Positions 1-9,858 of a stretch of 20,000 bases of DNA are shown here, one piece after another (within the stretch, counting starts at the first letter, position 1; each line of letters begins with the position of its first letter). Source of the stretch: Mesotaenium endlicherianum. Lineage: Eukaryota. Below the pieces are notes generated by a model, which was not told where the DNA came from, made no database searches, and saw only the letters and a list, made by a program, of their open reading frames with translations. The DNA lies in assembly GCA_009602735.1 (NCBI GenBank), contig WELA01003469.1, positions 280,707 to 300,706 on the forward strand, read 5' to 3'. The position numbers were made by a program, and so were the translations under genes.

Positions 1-369
1 GCTTGTTGTGGTTGATTATTGGTGAGTCAGGGTGGGGAAGCGTTCTGCGTGTTGAGTGTGCTGGTCACCAGCACAGCTTTCAAGTATTGATACACTCCGT
101 GATTTATTTTTTGCTGCCAATAAGTAAAGGAGGGTCATTTTGCCGTGGCTGGAATGTGTGCGGTTGGTTGATAAAAGCAGGGACGGGGACAGCCGTTACT
201 TTGCTGGTTGCAGGCGCCTGACAACGCTGGTTGCTTTCTGCACAAGGAACAGCATGCTTTCGAGGTTACATGAAGCCATTTGTGGGTGTTGCGCTGAGTG
301 TAGCGTGAGAGTTATGACTCCTGTCTAACCCCAGCATACTGACAACTGCGTGCCAAGGCTTGTGACGCC

Positions 370-613
370 GGGGGGGGTCTGCGGAGCTGCTCATTTCCTC
401 GTGCCTGGCGGCAGTATGCAGAAAGGGCGTCTTAGTGCTGCATGCGTTCTCGGAGTCGGTAGGATGTTGACTATTCGCAGGTCGACGTGGATGAGGCTCG
501 GACATAGGGTTTATGACCCCCCCTTCCGATGTTTGAAGTAGCCTCAGTTCTGGCAGGCCGAAAGTAGGACACGGAAGGAAGCCTTCCGAGTAAAGAAACG
601 GCTCTCTACTGCC
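370..613 (+). other. Candidate structured RNA or TE-derived structured insert within an intron; class unknown
   Basis: Multiple nested helices were found by eye (see findings). No RNA family was recognised. Confidence 0.4.
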
Positions 614-797
614 CGTTCTCCGTCCCACCGATTACAGTGACTGAGTTTAGTTGCGCTTCTCCTTTCTCAGCCTGTGTACCGAGGACGTCAAGTCGCATGG
701 CCCGTCCTGCTGTGCATTGCCATGGCTGCTCAGCACCGCATCTGTGCGGCTCTTGTTATCTCATGACAAGGAACGAGAGGGAATGGGGGCGCTGCAG

Positions 798-3102
798 GGA
801 GGCGACGCAGGGGCAGCAGACGCTCGCCATCGCCCTCGGGGCCTTCAACTTTGTGGGCGTCGTCTTTGTGGGAAGCCTTCTCAGGTGCCTCCCACCCCTT
901 CGCTCGCCTTGCCCTGCCCTGCCCTGCCCTGCCCTGGCCTGCCCTGCCCAGTAAGCTGCTTCCAGTCAGCTCCTAGTAAATCGAAGAGGTCGGGTGAAGC
1001 TACGAAATTAAAAAGTCCGACACAGCAGCAGGCCCAGAACAAGCGGAGTGGAGAAAATGTGCTCCTAGGTACAACAGAAGCAGATAGCGAGGGGCTGGTG
1101 CATGTCTGGTGCTGCACATCGTGTTTCCCCACTGTGGTTCACACCGCGGGCCTGACTAGGTCCCGATGGGGCCTTGACCTTACTATATCACTAATTCCTA
1201 ATAGACCACAACGTTGGGGCGAGTGGATGTGCGCAGGGACCCACAGATAGTGCAGCAGATTGGCAGCGGACTCGTGTCCTTCACGGCATCTATCCTGCCT
1301 CTCCTGCAGGTCAGCACAGTTTCTCCTTGCTCGTTGCCTGTTAGCATTTGGCTTGTCTTAGATGTGGCTCGGGGTGTATTGGTGGTGCTTCCGGCCGCTG
1401 ATGCCTGCAGGTAGGTCAGGAAACGCCATGTGTAGTGCATGCACATACTCCAGATATAAGCTGGGGTTCAAACCTATGCCTGGGCAACATCATGTGCAGC
1501 CTCAGCACACGCTCGTTGGGCGGTGGGCTGCGCAAAGCTTGTCTTGCAAGCGAGACAGGTTGAGGTGCACGGATTGCAAAATGCTGGCCAGTGGTTTTGC
1601 TGGGGTGATCACGTACTTGCCCGTCCTCGGCCGTCTATAGTTACTTTCAGAGCCCCGAAATTTCTCGTCACAAACTGACCACCACGAGTGTCACTTACAT
1701 TTGGCTTCATCAGCACGGCACGCCCTTTGACGAACCTTTAGCAACTTTCTCCCCCCGTTGAAAGAGGCCTCAAATCTGTGGCCAGTTGCAGCTCCCCACC
1801 TCTAGGAGCTCATGCGCCGGCCCTCTGCCCCTCCCTCTTGACACCCTCCTATGCGCTCCTGTCCCCTAGCAATTGTCAGCCATGGCTGCCAGCCCCTGTA
1901 TGCTCACACCCACGCCCTCTCTTTACAAGCTGCCACTTTGTCGTATGGAGCCCTCTCCCATGACCTTTATATGAGCTGCTATTCTCAGCGTGGCTGCTCA
2001 TGCCAGCGCTCCAGAGAGCACACTGTGCCAACCGAGGGTCCTATGAGACGAGTGACACAGAGAGTTGAGAGTTCAAATTCAGCGTGCCTCATTCTTAGGA
2101 GGTGCTGGCCAGTATGAACCGTTTGTTTTCCAGATTTTCCTGTTGTACGTGCGACAAAGGTACAGAGCCTCTTCTGCCCTCACAAAGCCAGCGGAGGGAC
2201 TGACTGAAGAGTACTAACTTCTCCAATCTCCCGTGTGTGTCTGCCCCCTTTGTGTGGGCATGGTTGCAACAACAGGGCTATGCGGCGTCCTTCTTTGCGA
2301 TTCCGGCTCTCAGGTGGTGGCAGCTGCAGAGGAAGAATGCCGTGATTAGCTCGCGCAACAAGGCCAGACTGGAGCGCGCTCTTGTCCTCACGCGGGCCGA
2401 TTCGTCCTTGAAAAGAAAGGTCAATTTCGCCCCACCCTGGTATTTTTGTACTGTGTGCCTGTTCACGAGAGGGGAGGAAGACTTTGATAGGTGGTCTTCA
2501 TGATGCGGCTGTGCCTTGTTGCACATGCCGTCTCGTCAAATGTCTCATGGCTATTTTTAAGTCGGTAGTGGCACAAGCGGAAGATGGATGTATTATGGTG
2601 CCAATATTGTCGAGAGTTTGTCAGGTTCTTTGATACAGCCCTCACTTTCAGAACAGGCCTTCTTCATAAGTACTCGTGTTGCGGAATTTCGATTTGTGGT
2701 TTCTATCGCCATAATGTACAAGTGGGTGTACCTGGGCTAGGCCCCCATTTTTCTCCTTCAGCAAGCAGTGTAGACGCCAGGTAGCTCCTTCCTCGACGTG
2801 AGCTAGCTTAAATAGTACAACAGCCTGTACTGTTGCAAAGATTGTGCAGTGTTAACCTTTTGCTCTGCTTCTTCTTGAGGACAGAGGAGGACTAATACGA
2901 CTCTGAGCCGTTCTGTCTGCAGATGATGAGTGCGAGGGAGAAAGCACAGAGCACCCTCATTGGCAGTGACAGGATTATTTACTCCACAGACAGAGATCTG
3001 TCCACTCAAGACGTAGAGGGGGCAGAGTGGGAGAGAAGGCTGCAGGAAGCTGAAGTGCAACAGAAACAGAAGATGTACTTGGATTCGGACACGACTCGAT
3101 AG
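798..3102 (+). CDS. 3' part (last 4 exons) of an At5g03900-like conserved plastid membrane protein gene; N-terminal exons lie upstream of the window
   Basis: Exons 798-884, 1237-1309, 2276-2419 and 2923-3102 are bounded by CAG/GT with matching phases. They translate as EATQGQQTLAIALGAFNFVGVVFVGSLLR-DPQIVQQIGSGLVSFTASILPLLQ-GYAASFFAIPALRWWQLQRKNAVISSRNKARLERALVLTRADSSLKRK-MMSAREKAQSTLIGSDRIIYSTDRDLSTQDVEGAEWERRLQEAEVQQKQKMYLDSDTTR*. This matches the C-terminus of the At5g03900 family as I recall it (LGxxNxxGV, YAxxFFxIPxxRW, RNxAR, RIxYSTDRD). Stop TAG at 3100-3102. Confidence 0.88.
911..949 (+). repeat. (GCCCT)n pentamer tract at an intron 5' end
   Basis: About 8 units of gccct starting 26 nt after the donor at 885. 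Confidence 0.9.
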
Positions 3103-4062
3103 GGCATGCAAGTGCCTCCGACAAGTGACACTTGTTTGTGGCGTGTTACTTATTAGTTGGGCCCACGGAGTATTCTTGGCTTCAGGATGAGCAGGTCTTG
3201 GAAGCGTGCGCGTTGAAGTTTGATGTGGATAGGGCAGTGGATTCTTACATTGCTTTCACTTGTATGTCATATGTATATACACTTGCTCTCTTGTAGATCA
3301 TTGCTTGGTAGAGTGCTGAAGGCTACCTGAAGGGCACATTGCGAGAATCAGACACCTTGATTTGCTTTAATATTTCCGTTAGTGCGCTGTAGTGAAAAGT
3401 GCTTGAGACAAGAGTTTGTGTATAATAAGCATAGTAATATCTCCTCCTTGTCGTTTAATTTGCCTTCCCTGCAGTGGTGTCAACTCCTTCTCCGGTTCAA
3501 TTGACCATCTCAATCTCACGTTGTGTAAAGGAGGGCGGGTGAACAGTGCTTTATCAAGTTTTCATTTCAAATGGGAACACGTTCTTAATTGGTGAAAGGG
3601 TGGCCATTTGTTGCAGATGAGCAGAAGTAGACTACAGGTAGGAGATCAAACAAATTGTCCACAGTTAGTCAAAGGATGTCAGCCAAAACCAATCCAAACC
3701 AGCAAGAACCAGCCAGACAAAGTGTGCAACTGTCCCATTTTCCCCCTTTTTGCTAACGGTGCAAGTTGGGTCAAAGTTAGTTCTGTTTCATCTCTTCTTG
3801 AATAACGTCCGCAATTTTTCAGTGCTAAAATTGGCGTAAATATTGTTTCTTGGTTTCTTCTTTCCCACTAAGGGCCAGTTTACAGTGGCCAAATCGATGC
3901 CTGGTCGATTGATTGGAAAGTACTTCGCTGTACCTTGAAGTACATTTTCAATTTTAGCGCGATGAAACTGGTGTTTACAGTGGTGTCAAGGCGCGACGCG
4001 ATTGATTGAAGTTTGTGAAGAATTTGATTGAACTTTCTGGTTTCAATCAATCGACCTCGCAT

Positions 4063-4092
4063 TTTCAATTCTGCTCTCGAGCAGAATTGAAA
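4063..4092. repeat. Near-perfect 30-bp palindrome
   Basis: tttcaattctgctc-tc-gagcagaattgaaa: perfect 14-bp arms with a 2-nt spacer. Confidence 0.9.
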
Positions 4093-4794
4093 TTCTGGAA
4101 TGTGTTCGACCTCTCGAATGACCCATCCTCGACGACCACTCGATCGATAAGGACTGTCGGTATTAGGTAGGGGAATCAAATAAGGATGACCCGTGGAGTA
4201 CTTTCTTTTTTTTGCCAACGAATTCGGGACGACAAGGAATAGAGAATAACAATATTCGCGTCCACCAAGTTTCTACACAACACTCGTCTCTGAACGTATC
4301 GCGCACAGATTTGTCTAATTTTAAGAGCAAGATGAACGATGCACGATGTTAAAATATGCTTTGTGAGGTCTGACCGAGCCCGGAAATGACGCGGAGACGA
4401 AACGCGACATTATGTGGAGGGAATTGTACCATTTCCCTCAATCAATTTATAATTTATTCATACGCCTTTCTTTTTTTTTGGGTGCCTGTGCACTGTGAAC
4501 GCTTTCTTGTTTAGCTGTTCGAAACTTGGTCGTCTATTTTGTCTTCGTCGCTTCGATCTCGTAATTTTCAATTCCGCTATTCGCGTTGATCAATCGAGTG
4601 CCTGTGGCCACTGTAAACCAGCCCTAAGAAGAGTTGTGTCAAAAGCCAACGACTGTTGGCTCGGGCTCGGAAGTTGGTATCCACTGGTACGCGCTGTAGC
4701 ATGCGCTGTAGTACTGATTAGTACAATATTTGAACGAATTGATGGACATGAATACAATCTATTGGCAGGTTTGACCTGCGTTTGACTGCTTTCG

Positions 4795-4825
4795 ATGGTA
4801 TACACCAGACTCCAGTGTATACCAT
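4795..4825. repeat. Perfect 11-bp inverted repeat (hairpin)
   Basis: atggtatacac-cagactcca-gtgtataccat. Confidence 0.88.
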
Positions 4826-5791
4826 GGTGTGTACTGCCGCGCAGCTGCCCCGGCTTTAACCAGCTCTAATGGTCGGTTGAGATGGGATGCAGAAGCCTGC
4901 TTAAGCGTGCCTATCTGATAAGGGAAAGGGCCCCCTTTTTGCGAGGAAGAGTGAAAGCCGCGACAAGTGTAAGACGTCAGGGTGCCGAAAGAAATACGGA
5001 GGTCTCGGACTAGACCGGTTTCATCTGTCCCTCCAGCGGGGATTGATCATGCCTGCAGCACAAGCAGGGTCGACATTGGTAATTGACCGGCTCAGCTCCC
5101 AGCATTTACCACACAAGCCAACTGTATCCCCCCAGTTCGTAGAAGTCAGCAGCTTTAAAACTTCTGCTTTGAGCCGTATGAAGATGTTTGAAAGTGCGCA
5201 ATGCAATTCTTAAATTATTGAAGAGAGAGAAGATTGGAGTTGGTGAAGCGGAAGAATAGTTACAACTTAGAAGGCACAGGTAATCCACACAATTAACATG
5301 AAAGGAAAGCTGCAGGCTTCCTGATTCTCAAGCCCTGCCCTGCACCAAGTCCCTTTCGTAATAGTAACGGTGAGTTTTAGCATATGACTGACATCCTGCG
5401 TCATTTCCGTTCTGCTTTCACATAACCTTATTAAGCTGACGAAAACACCTGGTTGTCTAGCTGCAAGCTAACGTGATCTGCAGCAGAGTGCAAACTCCTG
5501 AGTGCCCCCGCGGAACGGTCAGCAACAGAATGTAGCCTTTAATTTGAGTATTTGCGACACCTGTGCATGAAACAATCGCATGCACATGCTGTACAGAACT
5601 TCAAGCAGTGCCTGGTTTGACACCTATACACAGCGGTTCAAAATTCACTTCTCAGGTTAGCAGACTGGGTTAAGGAAAGATGACAACAAGTTCAGCTCTT
5701 TTTCACTCCCATCCAGCCATTTCAGTTTGTTTCTCCCTGGTGCTACCTGTAAAGGCTATATATTGATTGGGAGCTCTTGCAAATTAACAAT

Positions 5792-5876
5792 GGGGAGGGC
5801 GGAGCTTTAGGGAGGGAAGGGAAAGGGGTTGAAACTTGAAGGGGGCAGGGGGGAGGGGAGGGAGGGAGAGGGGTGG
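5792..5876 (+). repeat. Polypurine G-tract cluster (G-quadruplex / H-DNA potential)
   Basis: More than ten GGG-or-longer runs with mostly short spacers; the tract is almost entirely purine. Confidence 0.75.
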
Positions 5877-6360
5877 TCATGGTTTCTCTATGTCTTCAAT
5901 GATTCTGTGAGGTGGTTCTGTTAGTTGACGAGTGTAATGCTGTCAGCTTAGTACCTCCCGCAGGTTACTGGAGCGGGTAGAGATGGGNACAAATACACCT
6001 CAAGTAATATGTACACAGGAGTTTCACAAGTAACAAAATGGTTTGATCTTTGTATGTAAATCTGGCCCGTCAGGCCTGTTCTTGTCCAGAGGGGATGGGC
6101 ACTCTCCCTTGTGGAGTGAGCTATACTCTGAAGCCAAGAAATTTGAGTATACCTGGCTTCATTGCAGGGCCGCTTCAAGTGCCAGCTTCTTGCGCCTGCT
6201 CAGCCCAACCCAAAGGGCCGACAGCTGCCATCAGCACTTGGCCTAACCTCAATTAATTTGACCTCATCTCTCTGTCCCTGTCAAGGAATGTTCTGTGCTA
6301 TGCGGTTGGGATTGTAAAAAAGCAGCAGTATCTGTTGCCCTTCAACTGTTGCGCGCTCAG

Positions 6361-6995
6361 TTACCACCTGTCTTTTCATGATTCGTTGAGCAGTTCTGGT
6401 AGGCCGCTCATCTGCTTTGCCATGTCTGGAAGCTCATCCAAATGCCACCTGTCCTTCATTGCTTTCTCTGTGGTGTGGGCAGCAGGCTGCTTGTTCGCTC
6501 GGCCGCGTGCACGCTCTACTTTCTTCTTGGCTGCTCGTCCACCACCAGCCTCTTTGCCGAGGCCTACCTCGGTTTCTGCTGCTGCTCAACCTCACTCCCT
6601 TCCAGGTCCTATCACACGCGTGCACTCTTCTCCCCTGTTATTCTCACATTCTAGCGCGGCTACTTGGTGACAAATTCTCCAGAGATCTTGTTTCTTGGTC
6701 ACACAAGCACAGACGCCAACGCCTCACCCTTTGGCACCATCTCCATGCCAAGATCACAACCTCCCCAGTCCCTTATAGCAGTCTCGGTCGTGCTGGCGCA
6801 CGTTCCTCGTCTTCGTGTCCTGTGCACGAGCTGCCGCTCTCAGACTTGTTCTCTAATTGATGGACAATTGGATGTCACACTACTGCGACTACGTGCACGC
6901 CCGCTCCTCATTTCACCCTCAGCCTCCTGCCTTCTGGGATCCAGCTCATGTGCTGCCACACCCCATGTCGCTACTTTTCCATTTATTCTTTCATA
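6361..6995 (-). pseudogene. Possible decayed ORF of unknown (TE?) origin
   Basis: The purine-rich minus strand reads as an E/K/R/A-rich peptide broken by TGA stops and one frameshift, while the matching antisense frames stay open. No family was recognised. Confidence 0.22.
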
Positions 6996-7357
6996 GCTGT
7001 CTCGCCAGGTGTGTTTCTCTTTGTGCGTGCAGGTTGGGGGACGTGACGGCTTGCACAGCGAGGGTGTCCTTCAGTTTTTTCTTAATCGTAAGCTCCATTG
7101 CACGGGGGTAGCAAGCAGTAATACGTCATGGGTTCAAAGGTAAAATCCCTAAAAGAGGTGTTGGCAAGATTGGACAAGGATTAAAAAAAACAAAAAGTAA
7201 TACACATGAGGAAGGTTGAGGCTAAGGCAGAGACAAGTGGCAGGGTGCCAGCGCCGGAGCTGTGGGAGAGACAACATCCTCGTTCCCGGAAGGGCAAGGA
7301 GCTAGCGACAGAAAAAGCAGACTGGGAAGCTGAGGCAAAGGTAGGCGGCACGGCAGT

Positions 7358-7477
7358 GGAGTTGGAGTTGGAGTCGGAGCTGGAGCTGGAGTCGGAGTGG
7401 GAGCCGGAGCCGGAGCTGGAGTCGGAGTGGGAGCCGGAGCCGGAGCTGGAGTCGGAGTCGGAGCCGGAGCCGGAGCG
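7358..7477. repeat. Hexamer minisatellite (GGAGYN)x20 with a 30-bp higher-order period
   Basis: Units are ggagtt/ggagtc/ggagct/ggagtg/ggagcc. The 30-mer ggagctggagtcggagtgggagccggagcc occurs twice exactly, followed by a one-mismatch third copy. Confidence 0.95.
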
Positions 7478-7834
7478 TCGGCCACCACGGAGGCGGTCAG
7501 ACGAGGCCGAAGCTGGCCCATCCGGGGTACGCTGTCCTTCACCTCGACGCCGACCTCGCGTGCGACGCCGGGCGGCAGGCCCCCGCGTCCTCGTTGGGTG
7601 CGCTGCAGCAGGCTGCCCTGCGTCGTGGGGCAGCCCGCTGCAGCCTGCCCGATGACAACTTCGCGTGCATGCGTGCGTGTGCTCGTGCGTGTTGGGAAGC
7701 GACTGGCTGTGACAGTGTGCGTGTGCGTGTGTGCGAGCCGGCGGGGGGGGGGCTTGCTGGGGGTGCATGCGCGGGGGGGCCGCACGCATGTGGTTGGGCG
7801 AAAGAAGTGTGGGCTTGTGAGGGCGCATGCACAG

Positions 7835-7885
7835 GTGTGGTGTGTGTGTGCGTGTGTGTGCATGCGCGTGTGTGTGTGTGAGTGT

Positions 7886-7938
<53 letters not shown>
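7835..7938. repeat. (GT)n microsatellite with degenerate GTGC flanks
   Basis: Directly visible. The TG run is pure from about 7889 to 7938 and interrupted upstream. Confidence 0.97.
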
Positions 7939-7939
<1 letters not shown>

Positions 7940-9858
7940 ATCTGCATCTGCATATGCGCATAGGTTGTGTGGAGGTGTTGCGGCGCGGCCCGTGCTGACC
8001 CTGGCTTGCCGCTCATTGTGCAGCCACAGGTTGTTGGCGAGCCGGCTGGACCGGACGCGCCTGCTGCCCATGCATTGCAAGTTGGAAATGGGGCTGTTGG
8101 GGAAGCAAGCCAGGCATTGACAAGTGATGCGACCGCTCGGCTGGCCGAATTGCCTCCGGTGAGTGCCCGCCCCTACGTGCGCTCCTCCTGTGAAATCTGG
8201 TTGCCCGCGTCCTCACTTGCGGTTTTGGCTCTAAGCCAAAGCATGGCAACATGCCTGCATCATCAAGCTGGGGATTTTGCCGGCCACATCTTGAAAGCTT
8301 GCATGCCTGCCCGTGCCTGCTGTGTGAGAGCATTCATTGCTGAGATTCTATTGTGCCACTAAAGGCCCATGTGTCTCCTCAGGTCAGTAGGCTGAGGTGT
8401 GAACAAACGATGGATATTGGAAAATACAGCTCATTCACATTGCTTGAACAACCGATGGATTTATTATAATGGGTAGATTATTTGTATTTTTTTTGCTGCA
8501 TGCTTGTTGATATATTGTTGTACGCTTGGTTTGACTACTTGCAGAAAAAACGTGGAAAAGGAAAGTGGAGCGGGGAATTCAAGAAATGTCATCAAGCCTA
8601 GGAAAAAGCTAAGAGTAGCAGTCTACTGCGGAAAGTTGACCGTAGCCTTGGTTCAATCAACCCCATCCGTGAGCCTTCCTTGTTTCAATTATACGAGTCT
8701 ACGAGAGGTGCGGAGTGAAAGGTAGCCAGAATGCGGTACCTTCCCTAATTGAAGCGTGTTTATTCTTTATCCAATTTCTACTTGCATGCAGCAGGACGGG
8801 AGCTAGTCAAAGTTATAGTTGAGCAATGTCAACTACGTCCCCTTCATTCTACTGAAATGTTTTCAATTGCAACATGTAAGCCCACCTGATTGTATGCCAA
8901 TTTTGTGTTGAACTTATTGTGTCACTATGATGGGGTAGGATGTAAATCAGCGCTACAAGGATCAGTTTATGAAATCGTTTAGAAGCTGATTACTTGCCCC
9001 CTCTATATAGATCTATCTGAACACAACTATCAATCATGTAAAAACAAGGCGCTATGAAGAGAGATAGAGATTCACTGTAGTGTAACCTGTAATGCGGCAC
9101 ACGGCACAGCAGTTCAAGGACTAGGTTATATACTGGATCTTGTCTACACCTTGATACAAGCACCAACTGTTGGCACATGCGCCATCAATTTTCTGACAAT
9201 ACAGGCAAGATCCACATAACAATACGAACCCTGACTTCTTTGGAGGCTTTTAGATTCAGGATTCATATCTCGCAGTTGCTCCTTGGAGCTGGCTCTCATT
9301 GAACATGAAGTGCTACCTGGAAATGCCTCATACTGCGAAAGCAGTGTCGACACGAATTCCGCTCTGACAAACTGGAGGTGAACTGGACGCACACTCTGTG
9401 CAGTGGACTGCTAAAAAACAAAAGCGAAGTGAGACAGCCTCGAAAGAAGCATCAAAGTACTAACTCATAAATGCTCTCTCAAGAGCGGGGTGGCTTTTGG
9501 AAAGTTACATAGAAAGTTCTGACTAGTCCTAGAAATCACATGATATACGAGAAACTTTTGTTGTCTACGCCTTGCATGTGGATTTGACCAACGGGTGGCC
9601 TGATTGGATCCCCTTGGACCCCCATGGCAGAGTACACGGTCAGCCCTGGCACACGCACGCACTTTGCAGATTTTAAGATCCACTCGAAGGACTGCATGGA
9701 CAAGATGCATGCACCTGCATGAGAATAAGCCCCCTGCGCTTGAGATGCAATGGGCTGCTCTTCTGCAGGCTGCCCTTCTGCAGCTTCGACGAGCAACCAA
9801 GACGCCCAAGCAGCAAACAAAGGCCTCCTTGCATTCGTCCATGTTTTCTGAGCAACCA

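Noticed and set aside
505..513. TAAACCCTA on the minus strand resembles a plant telomerase RNA template
   Set aside because: About one such 9-mer permutation is expected by chance in 20 kb on two strands. The G-U pairing favours the + strand, and no correctly oriented USE/TATA promoter or poly-T terminator is evident.
565..588. CGGAAGGAAGC resembles SRP RNA helix 8; GGCTTGTGAC (357-366) resembles the Alu UGUNR motif
   Set aside because: The required CAGG...AGCAG symmetric loop is missing, and the segment folds better as CGGAAGG/CCTTCCG.
361..636. TGTGACGCC...TTACA could be a solo LTR
   Set aside because: The terminal inverted repeat is poor and the flanks (aggct / gtgac) do not form a target-site duplication.
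3053..3066. AGTGCAACAGAAA resembles a bacterial RNase P RNA motif
   Set aside because: It lies inside a clear coding exon and no other RNase P elements are present.
3880..4218. 112-aa minus-strand ORF (MAKKRKYS...)
   Set aside because: It starts at TTG, runs through palindromic DNA and has no recognisable motif or splice context.
5171..5210. GAGCCGTATG resembles the start of group II intron domain V
   Set aside because: The 3' arm does not pair at the catalytic triad region, and there is no GNRA-capped stem or domain VI.
7358..7477. Periodic repeat considered as a CRISPR-like array
   Set aside because: Units are contiguous with no unique spacers, in a eukaryotic context with no cas genes.
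7181..8120. Long ORFs (299, 264, 188 aa) with HTHT/CVCV runs
   Set aside because: They are open because of stop-free microsatellite and hexamer repeats; there is no recognisable domain.
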